Shown one piece after another: positions 18,684 through 28,757 of a DNA stretch of 64,000 nucleotides. Position 1 is the first letter of the stretch; every line of letters starts with the position of its first letter. Source of the DNA: an uncultured virus (IMG/VR IMGVR_UViG_3300025120_000032) (Duplodnaviria; Heunggongvirae; Uroviricota; Caudoviricetes); the IMG/VR virus record IMGVR_UViG_3300025120_000032, one strand, 5' to 3'. A model generated the notes under the pieces. The model saw only the letters and a list, made by a program, of their open reading frames with translations. It searched no databases and had not been told where the DNA came from. The position numbers and the translations under genes are program-made.

Positions 18684-20194
18684 TGTTGTTCTTCCTCATC
18701 ATCGGTTTCAATTTCGCCAGATTCTTTTTCTTTAGTAATCTGATCTTTCATTTGCTTTATACCATCATCATCTAGCATTAATACATTCTTAAGCACGTAT
18801 TCTTTAGAGAAGAACTCTCCGACATACTGTTGTACTTGATCTAGTTGTTGTAATCTATTCGCTAATAACTCTGCATCTTTAAGTTCTGTAAAATGATTGT
18901 CTCTTATATAGTCAACTGTAATATCGTTTTTCCAGTTGTTCCAATCATCTTCAGTGATAAGACCCTTCATGATTAGTTGCTTCTTCAGAACTTCTGTGAA
19001 AAGCATACCAAATCTATTACGTAGTCTGTCAATAAACTTCTGGAACTTAACTTCATCTCTAGAGATCTCTGTGGATCTACCTAAAGAGAACTGTGTCTCT
19101 TGCTCAAGCCTACTAACTGGAACGTTTAGCGATCTATACAAACGCTTCTGGAAGTATATGATATCATCAATCTGTCCAAGGTTCTCACCGCCGGGGAGTG
19201 TTGATATCTCTGTACCTCTACCACCTTCACGGCGAGGTAGCCAGAAGTCTTCAAGCATTGACATATGCTTACGATCATCTCTAATCTTACCAGTGTCTGC
19301 ATCATATACAAGTTTATTACGGTAACGAGCCATAATATCTTTCATATATGTTTCAGCTTTACCTCTTGGTAAGTTACCTACATCGATATAGAATATACGT
19401 CTTTCGGGTGCTCTGGCTAGTCTGTAAATAACTAGAGAGTCTTCCATCATACGCAACTGATTGATTGGCTTTAGTGCTTTGTGTAAGTGAGAAACTACAC
19501 GCTTACGAGTGGCATCCAAAAGACCTGATGTTACATAAGAAACTGAGTCATTAGATAGTTTGACACCAGAGGTTTGTGACCCCGGTTTCTCTTGGTAAAT
19601 ATAGAACTCATTAACTGAGTCTATCAAACTAGCACCTGTTACTACATCTTTTTTCTTCTTAACTTCTTTTACTTTGCGGATCTTAGAAGAATCGATTGGT
19701 CTTATTTCCTGAATACCAGCCTTTAAGTTCTTCTCATCTACGACTAAGTGGTGGTAGATACGACCATCGACATACCAACGTCTGAACATATCGTGACCTA
19801 AATCATTAAAGTTTAACATGGATACGATGGTGTCAAACTCTTCAGTGATTTGTTTCTTAAGTGAGTCACTGAGACCTTCAACATTATCTAATATTAGATT
19901 TACCGAACTCTCACTCTCGCTTGATATAACGCTTTCGTTCACAATATCTTCTATCGCCGCATCAACCTCAGGGTGAGTAGCAACTGCACGATATTGTTGA
20001 ATATTCTGTAAGTTATCTTTAGCGTGGTCTTCACCACCAATATTAACATAAGTGCCATAGTGAGCACCAGCCGAAGTAACATAACCAGCACCATCCTGAT
20101 CAACAGGTGGAACAATAGAAGTAAGCTTTTCATCTTGCTTCTTCTTAGAACGTTTGATTTCAAAACCAAATAATTTAATAGAATCGTCTGCCAT
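18680..20194 (-). CDS. g20: Portal protein gp20
   Basis: RRWYVDGR, NQLRMMEDSLVIYRLARAPERRIFYIDVGNLP, EDFWLPRREGGRGTEI. Confidence 0.97.
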   Translation of the reverse strand: MADDSIKLFGFEIKRSKKKQDEKLTSIVPPVDQDGAGYVTSAGAHYGTYVNIGGEDHAKDNLQNIQQYRAVATHPEVDAAIEDIVNESVISSESESSVNLILDNVEGLSDSLKKQITEEFDTIVSMLNFNDLGHDMFRRWYVDGRIYHHLVVDEKNLKAGIQEIRPIDSSKIRKVKEVKKKKDVVTGASLIDSVNEFYIYQEKPGSQTSGVKLSNDSVSYVTSGLLDATRKRVVSHLHKALKPINQLRMMEDSLVIYRLARAPERRIFYIDVGNLPRGKAETYMKDIMARYRNKLVYDADTGKIRDDRKHMSMLEDFWLPRREGGRGTEISTLPGGENLGQIDDIIYFQKRLYRSLNVPVSRLEQETQFSLGRSTEISRDEVKFQKFIDRLRNRFGMLFTEVLKKQLIMKGLITEDDWNNWKNDITVDYIRDNHFTELKDAELLANRLQQLDQVQQYVGEFFSKEYVLKNVLMLDDDGIKQMKDQITKEKESGEIETDDEEEQQ

Positions 20195-20218
20195 TGTAAT
20201 TCCTAGTGTTGTGGAGGT

Positions 20219-20256
20219 AGAGGGGCCATCACAGCCCCTCTTGTTCTTTATTTATA
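20219..20256 (-). promoter_or_regulatory. Late promoter followed by a GC-rich hairpin upstream of gp20
   Basis: TATAAATA at 20249-20256, then the inverted repeat AGAGGGGC/GCCCCTCT at 20219-20241. Confidence 0.65.
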
Positions 20257-20262
20257 CTTCGT

Positions 20263-20790
20263 TTAAGAAGTGGTTGCGGCTTCCCAATATTGCATTTGGA
20301 ACTCTACCGTAAACTTCTCAATCTCATTTTCTGAAGCATAGTTCAGATCGATTGGAGAAACGTTAGTAGGGAAACAACCTCTAAAGTTATAAGTCTTTAA
20401 TGTAGAACCATCTTTGTCAAGTTGTTCAACAACAAGATCTGCTTCGTAATCAACAGGATTGGTTAAACCAGTATTTGTTGCGTGAGCATTCATACCATTC
20501 ATCCAACGTTCCATTGCGTCACGAACATTAAAGTCTGTGTCATTAATGATAGAGGGTGTCCATGTTTCAAATGTACGATCCCCTGCCATTTTTAATTGTC
20601 TACCTCTAAAAGGAACAATTATTGTTGCCATAGTGGAAGCGGGAAGTTGTGCCGCTTCACACATGAAAGATGTAAGCTCTACATCTCCGTTTGCATAGCC
20701 CGGAAAGTTAATCGTGGCTTTGAAGAGATTAGGTCTCGCTCCACCACCACGTAACTTGGCTTTAAAATCATCTACGCCTAGTACTGCCAT
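20263..20790 (-). CDS. g19: Tail tube protein gp19
   Basis: GGARPNLF, FRGRQLKMAGDRTFETW, synteny. Confidence 0.95.
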   Translation of the reverse strand: MAVLGVDDFKAKLRGGGARPNLFKATINFPGYANGDVELTSFMCEAAQLPASTMATIIVPFRGRQLKMAGDRTFETWTPSIINDTDFNVRDAMERWMNGMNAHATNTGLTNPVDYEADLVVEQLDKDGSTLKTYNFRGCFPTNVSPIDLNYASENEIEKFTVEFQMQYWEAATTS

Positions 20791-20802
20791 CTTCTTATCT
20801 CC

Positions 20803-22416
20803 TTATACCGATAGGCCAGCGACTTCTTCAAAGTCAACGCCTGATCTTACAGCTACAAAGTTAAGAGTTATGTAGTTAATAGAACGTGCTGGTTTGATGA
20901 AGATGTTTGCAATGAACTCGTTTCTATCTATAACGGCAGTAGTGTTGTTTGTCTCATCGCATACAACCCTAAAGTCGGTGATACCACGTCTACCTTTGAT
21001 TTCTCTCAGGAATGGTTCTACGATGTTAACAAATTCCGCTCTAGTAAACTCATCGTTAAGTTCAAACAATGTGTTTCTTGCCGCATTTGCGATTGCTCTT
21101 TCAACAACATTAAACAACCTACGAACATTAATACGATCAAATGCTGATGGTCTGTTCATGTGTGTTTTGTCACCATATAGTAAGATACCTTGCCCCGGTA
21201 AATTAGCAATCGGGTTGATCCCTGCTTTATACAGTGTGTCTCTTTGAGCCTTGGTAGGAGTGTAGGCCAAGCTTGTTACGCCTAAGTACTGACCTCTACG
21301 TGAACCCGCTGGTGAGAACCATGGTGCGGAGTTTGCATCCGAAGCCGCCATAATACCCGCTGTTTGTCCAGCGGCTGGCACGTTGATATACTTATCGTTA
21401 AACTTGTCATACATCTTTAACCAGTTGTTGTCAACAAATAAGTAATCACTATAAGTGTAACTACCAGTATCTGTTACTGTAGCAGTATCTGGAGTAGCAT
21501 TACCTACTACTGATGCAGAGGCTGGCGAAGATACTACAACAGCATCTTTACGTGTAGTACCCGCTGTTGTTACAAGATCGTTCACTACTGTAGCTTGATC
21601 ACCAGCAACTGCCTTGCCCGGTGCGATTAAGAAGTCAACTTGAATAGTATCTTTATCTTCGAAACTATTAAACCCTCTTAGATAATCGTCTGTGCCAGCG
21701 GCTGATCCGTCAACACCACCAAGTAAAGATTTTGATCCTGTGCTATCTACGTGTGTAGTAGCATAAATGTAGTTTGATTTTCTGTTAATAACGTTCTTCA
21801 TATAGTTAGAAGTACCGTCTGTGTTAGTAGCAGTAGAAGAGTTTGATACGAATGGATATCTCTCTAGAACAGTTCCCGCTGTCCCTGTGATAACACCATC
21901 TTCATCAAGAACAAGAACATGACGTTCATTTCCTGTTGGGGTTGCATCGAACTGTGCTTTATAGGCACTTCCCCATGTTGCCCAATTACTTCCATCTGAC
22001 CAAACAATTTGTAGTGAACTACCTAAAGCACCAGCATACTTTCCGTAGAAAGTCGATTTGCCAGCTAGAGTAGTTGATACATCAAAAGCCGCTTGGTTTT
22101 TAATTTGTTCTGCCGCACCCGCTGAGTCAGCCGCATTTAATGCGGTTGTATCTGCGACACGAACTGTTTGAAGACTATTTGAGAATTTTAAAAATCCTCC
22201 CGCCGTATGAAAATCTACGGTATGTGCGTCATCAGGAGCACCGAATTTAGAGGCAAGACTTGCTTCGTTGTCTATTAATACTGCCTCTTCGATTGGCCCC
22301 CAACGAAATTTCCCTGCAAATGCGCCTGTGGTAGTTTGAACATTAGGCACACCGCCTGTGAGATCAACTTCCTTAACGACAATCGCTGGGGATTCTGATG
22401 GGCTAAATATTGCCAT
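20803..22416 (-). CDS. g18: Tail sheath protein gp18
   Basis: SPAIVVKEVDLT, PWFSPAG, FDRINVRRLF, IKPARSINYITLNFVA. Confidence 0.96.
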   Translation of the reverse strand: MAIFSPSESPAIVVKEVDLTGGVPNVQTTTGAFAGKFRWGPIEEAVLIDNEASLASKFGAPDDAHTVDFHTAGGFLKFSNSLQTVRVADTTALNAADSAGAAEQIKNQAAFDVSTTLAGKSTFYGKYAGALGSSLQIVWSDGSNWATWGSAYKAQFDATPTGNERHVLVLDEDGVITGTAGTVLERYPFVSNSSTATNTDGTSNYMKNVINRKSNYIYATTHVDSTGSKSLLGGVDGSAAGTDDYLRGFNSFEDKDTIQVDFLIAPGKAVAGDQATVVNDLVTTAGTTRKDAVVVSSPASASVVGNATPDTATVTDTGSYTYSDYLFVDNNWLKMYDKFNDKYINVPAAGQTAGIMAASDANSAPWFSPAGSRRGQYLGVTSLAYTPTKAQRDTLYKAGINPIANLPGQGILLYGDKTHMNRPSAFDRINVRRLFNVVERAIANAARNTLFELNDEFTRAEFVNIVEPFLREIKGRRGITDFRVVCDETNNTTAVIDRNEFIANIFIKPARSINYITLNFVAVRSGVDFEEVAGLSV

Positions 22417-22485
22417 AACTGTTTCCTTCTTTTTCCAGTAATCGAATTATATGTTTTTCATAATACGGTTATTTTCAATCACTTG

Positions 22486-22493
22486 TATTTATA
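22486..22493 (-). promoter_or_regulatory. T4-type late promoter
   Basis: TATAAATA upstream of gp18. Confidence 0.75.
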
Positions 22494-22498
22494 ACAAA

Positions 22499-24130
22499 TT
22501 AAAAGTCGAAGTTTGGTGTCCAATTTCGTTCAACTGTCCAGCCTTTTAACTGATCTCCTTGAAGAACTGCTTCGTCATCTTCTTTTTCAGGATCACCAGC
22601 ACCATTTATAAATCCAAATGGCACCAAGTCATTTTCTATTTCTTTCATACGTTGTTCAAACATCATATCTTTTAAGTTCACGTCTGTTAGTTCTTCAAAG
22701 TTATTACCAACAGCAAAGAAACCAAATAGAACAAGGTTCATTATTAGATCATCATGGTTGCCTTCTGACGCTTCATAGGAAATACCTTTGGCTACGAATG
22801 TAGACATTTCTGATATAGTCTGTGGATCTAGTATATTAAGTTTACGATTTTCTATGATATCTTTTATAGCCGCACACCCAATACGCTTAACCTTCTTATT
22901 CATTTCAACACCAATGCGGTCAGCCTTTACCACAGATTCCATGTGAAGGTTCTCATATTCTAAGTCTTGATATAACCCATTAGTTACTAGTGTGCCTTGA
23001 TCGTTTGATTCAATAATAACATATGCTTCGTTATACAAAGTTGCGTACTTATATATAATGCTAGGGTAGAGAATAGGAGAGATAGTATTACAGCGATAAA
23101 CGGCAACCTGTTTAAAAGGTCTTTGGCTAATGTCGATCAAATTAAATGTAGAATAATCCTGTCCTCTACCCTTCGCAACATCAACACACATAACATAATT
23201 AGTCTTTGGCTTTGGTGTTTCGTATATAAGAAGATCTCCACCCTCTAAAACTTCTATATGACTTTGGGCTACTTGCTCTAAAAGAATATGTGGTGCTATA
23301 AGAGTATCGCCTGTTCCAAAGAATGTATTACCAAACTCCTGATCAAACTGTAGTTGAGATGTGTTTGATATGGTCTTAAGTTTCCATTCCTCATCTCTCC
23401 CCGGTACGTCCCACCAATCAACCCTGAACGGAATAAACTCGTTCACTTTTTGCATTGCGCCTTCCCACAGTTTATGATACATATTACCTATACCATTTGC
23501 TGTAGAAGTTATTATGATCTGCGTGTCTTTACCAGATGATACAACAGGATATGTTGAGGTATAGAAGTCAGCCGCTCTCTCAACAAACGCAAACTCATCC
23601 AAGTATAGAAGGTTGACAGACATACCACGAATAGAAGATCCAGAAGTAGCGGCTGATACGATGCGGCTATTGTTACTGAACTCAATACTTCTTTTATTAA
23701 GAGCCTTACACCCCGGCTGTAAGAAGAAAGGTAAGTTCTCTAGCATAAGGTGAATACGTCCTAGCATCTCTTGTGCAGTCGCACCCTTGTTGGCTAGGAT
23801 AGCAATAGTCTTCTCTGGGTTAAAACAAGCATACCAAAGAAGATAGGCAACAGAACTAATGGACTTACCTGATTGCCGACAAGCCAACACAATGCTAAAC
23901 CTATTTTCTTTGAAATGGTTAAACATTTTTTCTTGATATGGGTAAAGTTCGAAGTTGACAAGACCTCTATCTAGGTGTATAATCTTACAATAGGTCTTAG
24001 CAAAATAGCTAGGATCTGACATACACCTTGAGTATTCTTGTAATTCTTTTTTACTGTAATTATGGTTGATCCCGTCACGTTTAACGTTGGGATTACCCAT
24101 GTAGGTATCATTTATCTGATGTGTATTCAC
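22499..24130 (-). CDS. g17: Terminase large subunit gp17
   Basis: RQSGKS, LYLDEFAFV, STANG, DVAKGRGQDYS, HDDL. Confidence 0.96.
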   Translation of the reverse strand: MNTHQINDTYMGNPNVKRDGINHNYSKKELQEYSRCMSDPSYFAKTYCKIIHLDRGLVNFELYPYQEKMFNHFKENRFSIVLACRQSGKSISSVAYLLWYACFNPEKTIAILANKGATAQEMLGRIHLMLENLPFFLQPGCKALNKRSIEFSNNSRIVSAATSGSSIRGMSVNLLYLDEFAFVERAADFYTSTYPVVSSGKDTQIIITSTANGIGNMYHKLWEGAMQKVNEFIPFRVDWWDVPGRDEEWKLKTISNTSQLQFDQEFGNTFFGTGDTLIAPHILLEQVAQSHIEVLEGGDLLIYETPKPKTNYVMCVDVAKGRGQDYSTFNLIDISQRPFKQVAVYRCNTISPILYPSIIYKYATLYNEAYVIIESNDQGTLVTNGLYQDLEYENLHMESVVKADRIGVEMNKKVKRIGCAAIKDIIENRKLNILDPQTISEMSTFVAKGISYEASEGNHDDLIMNLVLFGFFAVGNNFEELTDVNLKDMMFEQRMKEIENDLVPFGFINGAGDPEKEDDEAVLQGDQLKGWTVERNWTPNFDF

Positions 24131-24494
24131 TTATATCTACCACGTTATCTTGTTCATCATCACTGTCTTTCGACAAAAGCATTCTTTGTAAGTCGCTTGT
24201 AGATCCTACAAATAGATTGTTATTTGTTGTGCCTTGAGGAAGTTCTTTTAAAGCATCTTCTTTGTTATATTCTTTTTTCTTTTTGTGTAGATCAAGAAGG
24301 TTACCATTAACATCAGCAACGTTCTTCATCATGCCAGACAAGACTTCAAACGCACGAGGATGCTCAGTGGCACGTGCGACTTCCATCATCTCTTCAAGTG
24401 CTTCAGACCCCTTTACTAATAAATCGTAATAGGTCTTTCTAGCAAACTCAAAATCATCATCAACATGATCTACTGGTTCATTATTATCAGCCAT
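24108..24494 (-). CDS. g16: Terminase small subunit gp16
   Basis: EHPRAFEV, NNNLFVGSTSDLQ. Confidence 0.9.
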   Translation of the reverse strand: MADNNEPVDHVDDDFEFARKTYYDLLVKGSEALEEMMEVARATEHPRAFEVLSGMMKNVADVNGNLLDLHKKKKEYNKEDALKELPQGTTNNNLFVGSTSDLQRMLLSKDSDDEQDNVVDISEYTSDK

Positions 24495-25273
24495 TAAAAA
24501 GGTGCCTGAAAATCAAAAGTTTCGGTAAAGCCAAAGTCGCTATCGGCAGAGGCCAGTGCTGGATTTGTTGTTACAGATATCTTACCTAGTTGAACGTCTG
24601 AGTCGGCTAGTCCATTTCCTATCTGACTAATGTTATTTATAGAGGTTCTGATGACACCAGTTTCATTGATAGCACCATAAAAGTTTACTCTCATTTCAAA
24701 TGTTAATGTGTATATAATAGTTCTACGTGATTCCAGAGTTCCTTCAAAGTCATCATTAAAATCCACACTTTGTAGAGTTATAGGTGTATCTTCAGTTATA
24801 GATGGAAACTCAGCAAATGGTTTTATTGTAAGACTATACTGTGGATTGAACGTAGGAAGTATTTGTTCTACCATCTGTAGAGCATCATCCTGTGTCTTGG
24901 CGTATATACTAAGTTGAAACCCAATGTTGTAAGGAACAAAACTATAAAACTTGTTTCTAAGGTTACTAGTTGTTCCAGCCTGTGTAAAGTTGTTCATCTT
25001 CTGTAGTTGTCTTTGAGCATCATACGTAACGTTTGTAATCTCAAAAGACATTCTGGGAAGCTTGATAGCAACCTTAGTGTTCGTATCTAGGTCAGGGTTC
25101 TCTCTTATTCTCTCAAGAAACTTTCTCTGAGGACCATAGGCTAGTGGAACTTTTACTTGACTTATAACTTTATTTGAACTATCTTTGCGTAGAACATACA
25201 GATTATTGAATAGCGTACCAAATACTGCTACACTCTTCCGTATTCTTTCATGATAGAAATGGGTTCCGAACAT
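24494..25273 (-). CDS. g15: Tail sheath stabilizer/terminator gp15
   Basis: FGTLFNN, VPLAYGP, LPRMSFE, EQILPTFNP. Confidence 0.92.
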   Translation of the reverse strand: MFGTHFYHERIRKSVAVFGTLFNNLYVLRKDSSNKVISQVKVPLAYGPQRKFLERIRENPDLDTNTKVAIKLPRMSFEITNVTYDAQRQLQKMNNFTQAGTTSNLRNKFYSFVPYNIGFQLSIYAKTQDDALQMVEQILPTFNPQYSLTIKPFAEFPSITEDTPITLQSVDFNDDFEGTLESRRTIIYTLTFEMRVNFYGAINETGVIRTSINNISQIGNGLADSDVQLGKISVTTNPALASADSDFGFTETFDFQAPF

Positions 25274-25275
25274 AA

Positions 25276-25515
25276 CTAACCTTTATATATTTTCGTGAGG
25301 TGATCCTCAAACTGTTCAACTTTATTTAATCTATCAGGCCAAAGGATATAATCCTTTTCGGGGTTCTTCTTCAGATTATTTAGCAGTGGTATTACTGCGT
25401 TATATAAAGCGTTTAGTTTATCATCAGATGACGATGCTTCACTCTTAACATTCTTAACTGCGTCAAGTTCATCCTCATCAACTGCCGTAAATCCAAAATC
25501 AAATATGTCAGCCAT
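25276..25515 (-). CDS. Hypothetical protein
   Basis: 79-aa ORF (FDFGFTAVDEDEL...NPEKDYILWP) coupled to gp14. Confidence 0.7.
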   Translation of the reverse strand: MADIFDFGFTAVDEDELDAVKNVKSEASSSDDKLNALYNAVIPLLNNLKKNPEKDYILWPDRLNKVEQFEDHLTKIYKG

Positions 25516-26417
25516 TAGTTATTCTCCGGGTCACCAAAAGGATTGTTCTCAGAGAAGTCTAAGAACCCTGCTCCTATTGTACTAAAGTCAGTGTTCTGTT
25601 CGTTCTGACTAATCTGGTTGTCTTCACCTACAGCGGTGACTGTTGAAGTGGCTTTCTTACCACCAACGTTTAAGTCTGTAGTTCCCACTATAAACCTATT
25701 AGCAACAAACTCGTGATACTTACCATCGTCTGCGCCGATATGGATAAGCTTAAGAACATTATCTGAGTCTGAGAAGGATGAAACTTCTCCTGACATAATT
25801 ACTCCCGTAGATAGTGTCTGATTAACAGCTTCTCCTACTGTAAAGCCTCCTCCAGCACTGTCAAGGGTCAACAGATACTCATAAGCATAAGATGTTTCTA
25901 TTCCATCAATAGCGGCAACGTTTGTATCAAAATCTTCATCGTTGTATTCAAATAACTCACATCTGAGTTTGTATGTAGACAAGTTACTTAATTGATAGAA
26001 TGGTTGCTCATGCTCTACTGCCATGATCTGGAACATAGAGTTTGACATTGGGATGTATACTAGATCACCTTCTCTTGGTCTTTCACTATTGATATCATTA
26101 TCAAACCTATTGATAGTTGAAGTCCATCTGCGTCTAGCAACTACGAATGTTGCTTGGTCTCTTATCTCCACACCAAACTTAGTAAACAGATCTCCTTCTC
26201 CATCAAAGCCATCTGTATTCTCAATATACATTTCTATCTTATATGAAGAGTTAAACCTAGAAGGAACGTCATCACCAAATATTCTGTCTTCATTAACTAT
26301 GTCTCTAGGCAAGTAATAAACGTCTTGCCCAAACATCTTCAAAGACTCTATGGTAATATCTTCATAGAGGTTCTGTTCAGAGCTTACCTTTTGACTGAAG
26401 TAAAGATTAGTTGCCAT
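25515..26417 (-). CDS. g14: Neck protein gp14
   Basis: GQDVYYLPR, FTKFGVEIRD, RPREGDL, FSENNPFG. Likely start at MATNLYF. Confidence 0.92.
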   Translation of the reverse strand: MATNLYFSQKVSSEQNLYEDITIESLKMFGQDVYYLPRDIVNEDRIFGDDVPSRFNSSYKIEMYIENTDGFDGEGDLFTKFGVEIRDQATFVVARRRWTSTINRFDNDINSERPREGDLVYIPMSNSMFQIMAVEHEQPFYQLSNLSTYKLRCELFEYNDEDFDTNVAAIDGIETSYAYEYLLTLDSAGGGFTVGEAVNQTLSTGVIMSGEVSSFSDSDNVLKLIHIGADDGKYHEFVANRFIVGTTDLNVGGKKATSTVTAVGEDNQISQNEQNTDFSTIGAGFLDFSENNPFGDPENN

Positions 26418-26613
26418 TCGACTTTCCACCAATGTAGCCGCCTACGATACCAATCACGCCAGTGAGTGACATTTGAAGCAAGCCAATTACACTTTCATCC
26501 AACTCTCCACCATGCTCATTAGCCATCATAAATTCGTCTACGACTATAAGTCCTAAAATTCCCATAAGCCCCATAACCAAAACTAATACTATTAGATCTT
26601 TTGTATATTTCAT
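26407..26613 (-). CDS. Small protein with two predicted transmembrane segments
   Basis: MKYTKDLIVLVLVMGLMGILGLIVV...LLQMSLTGVIGIVGGYIG; ATGA overlap with the upstream ORF. Confidence 0.6.
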   Translation of the reverse strand: MKYTKDLIVLVLVMGLMGILGLIVVDEFMMANEHGGELDESVIGLLQMSLTGVIGIVGGYIGGKSNGN

Positions 26614-26918
26614 TTCTTGTACACCGTTGCCTTTAAGTATTCTAGTTCTAGTCTTAACATTTCCATTTCTGTTTTTAACTTTTGAACATCTTTTGTTGTT
26701 TGTTGAACTGATGCTGGGGGTGACCATTCATCAATCCAGTCATCGTTTTCTTCAATCTCTTCCCAATGGGTTAATAGTTCTCGTTCAATAAAAGTAAGTC
26801 TTTCAGTAATACCAAAGTATCCCCAAACAGCAATGCCAGTAAAAGCAATTAGTGCTATTAGGTTTTTCAAAGGTATAGTGAATTCACTACCTTCATTAAG
26901 TTTATTTGGTTGTGCCAT
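26610..26918 (-). CDS. Single-TM coiled-coil protein
   Basis: LIALIAFTGIAVWGYFGI hydrophobic segment followed by a heptad-like tail. Confidence 0.6.
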   Translation of the reverse strand: MAQPNKLNEGSEFTIPLKNLIALIAFTGIAVWGYFGITERLTFIERELLTHWEEIEENDDWIDEWSPPASVQQTTKDVQKLKTEMEMLRLELEYLKATVYKK

Positions 26919-26919
26919 A

Positions 26920-27669
26920 TTATCCTACAAAAAAATCCGCTGGAAGTTCATGCTCAAGACGTATAACCTCTTTTAATCTTGCTATCTCTTGTAAAGCATC
27001 TTCATATATTTGTCTACCGTTTAGTGTTACTCCACCGGGCATTACCATACCTTCAAACTTGATAAGGTTTGATCCCCACTGATGTTTGATTAGGGCTGTG
27101 GTATATTCTTTCAACCATAAGTCATTCCAAACAGCGGTATAAGAGTTTCCATCTATAACGCTATAAACTTCAGCGACAATATATTCGCCCACTTTTATAT
27201 CTTCTCCAAACTCACCATGAACATAAAGACGATTTTGCTTTCTGACATAATCTACTTGAGGAGTTCCGTTTAATCTCATGTCAAGTAAAGACAGATACTG
27301 TTGAACTTGTTCATAGTAAGCAAGGTCTCCAACATAAGAATGCATATTAGCTATGTCATTCATATGCATTTGATACTTGACACTAAACATATTACGTGAG
27401 AACATACCACCTTGTAACTTGAATAGTTTCGTAACCTGTTGTACGTTAGAAGATATTGTCACATACTTATTTGTCACATCATCCGCTGTCACTAGGTGTT
27501 GGATATATCCTCTATAACTTGCTTCTGAATGAAACTCTCTAAAATACTGTAGTGCCTCATCTACACGATCACTTATCTGATCTTCGTCCACGTTGATTTC
27601 GATGACAGGATCACCTAGTCTGCGTAAGCAGTAGTCTATTAAACCTTGTCTTGTACTAGGGTTAGCCAT
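26920..27669 (-). CDS. g13: Neck protein gp13
   Basis: LRRLGDPVIEINV, KHQWGSNLIKF, PGGVTLNG. Confidence 0.92.
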   Translation of the reverse strand: MANPSTRQGLIDYCLRRLGDPVIEINVDEDQISDRVDEALQYFREFHSEASYRGYIQHLVTADDVTNKYVTISSNVQQVTKLFKLQGGMFSRNMFSVKYQMHMNDIANMHSYVGDLAYYEQVQQYLSLLDMRLNGTPQVDYVRKQNRLYVHGEFGEDIKVGEYIVAEVYSVIDGNSYTAVWNDLWLKEYTTALIKHQWGSNLIKFEGMVMPGGVTLNGRQIYEDALQEIARLKEVIRLEHELPADFFVG

Positions 27670-27690
27670 ATGTCGTTCCTATTTTACTAG

Positions 27691-27698
27691 TATTTATA
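27691..27698 (-). promoter_or_regulatory. T4-type late promoter
   Basis: TATAAATA upstream of gp13. Confidence 0.75.
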
Positions 27699-28739
27699 TC
27701 AGTTTAAAAGAGTTCCAGACTGACTGTACACGTTAATGCGATAGTGAGAACCATGCTGTCCATCAAGTTTGTCTGCATCTAAATTATTACCAGCACCATC
27801 TCTTGCAAGCATTTCAGTGTATATTGCGGCACCATATTCAGATCTTAGTTTTGTGGCTGTAAGTAGAGTAGTCACATTAAACGCCGCACCATCAGCCGTA
27901 CCGACTGTTAGTATACCATCTGCCGAATCAAATGTTGTGCTTGCTACTCCAGCAACTGCTACTGTTCCAGCACTATCCACAAATCCTTGAGCATCAATAG
28001 TTAGAACAGGGACTAGAGAACCAGATCCATACACACCCGCCGTGATTGAAGATGCCGAAGCCTTGGACACAAGTGTCCCTGATGTCGGTAAAGTGACGCC
28101 AGTGTTTCCAGTAGTTGTTAAAGTGGTGGTATGTGCGCCACTTGTTATAAAGCTTCCAGCAAGAGTTAAGTCTCCAGTAAGACTGATAGTTCTATTAGCA
28201 TTGTTAACATCAAGTGTAAGAGTTCTATCAGCGGATAAAGCTGGGCTTGCGCTATTGGAAACTACTAAAGTTTCGAAGTCAGTAGTAGTAGCATCTCTAA
28301 GACCAAAGGTAGTTACATCATTAAGAGCTATTGGACCATTAATATCTCCACCATTTATAGTAGGACTAGTTAGTGTCTTGTTAGCAATAGTTTGAGTTGC
28401 TTGACTGCCTACAACATTATCTCCACTAACAGCGGCACTAAGTTGACTAAGTGTTGTAGTAAGAGTGTTGTTACTTAAGTTTAGAGTTTTTCCAGTAAGT
28501 GTCTGTGTTCCAGTTCTTGTGGCAATAATGTCGCTATCTATTTGGATAACTCCATCCAAAGAATGTGCCGCCGCTGTTACAGTTAATCCAGCCGAACCTG
28601 TTAGAGTTCTGATATAGTTACCACTAGTACCAGAATCTAACTTTATTATTGTTGATCCAATAATAGACACAATTCCAGCGGAGTCAACTGGAGCCTCACT
28701 AAATGAGGTGCCTAAAAAGTTACTTAGTTTTTGTACCAT
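27699..28739 (-). CDS. Virion fibre-like structural protein
   Basis: T/S/G-rich; QTLTGKTL/QTIANKTL repeats; LDADKLDGQHGS fibre motif. Confidence 0.7.
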   Translation of the reverse strand: MVQKLSNFLGTSFSEAPVDSAGIVSIIGSTIIKLDSGTSGNYIRTLTGSAGLTVTAAAHSLDGVIQIDSDIIATRTGTQTLTGKTLNLSNNTLTTTLSQLSAAVSGDNVVGSQATQTIANKTLTSPTINGGDINGPIALNDVTTFGLRDATTTDFETLVVSNSASPALSADRTLTLDVNNANRTISLTGDLTLAGSFITSGAHTTTLTTTGNTGVTLPTSGTLVSKASASSITAGVYGSGSLVPVLTIDAQGFVDSAGTVAVAGVASTTFDSADGILTVGTADGAAFNVTTLLTATKLRSEYGAAIYTEMLARDGAGNNLDADKLDGQHGSHYRINVYSQSGTLLN

Positions 28740-28757
28740 TTCTATACCTTCTTATGG

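Noticed and set aside
15127..24130. Introns, inteins or homing endonucleases in gp17, gp18, gp20 or gp23
   Set aside because: The ORFs are continuous, of ordinary or compact length, and show no insertion motifs.
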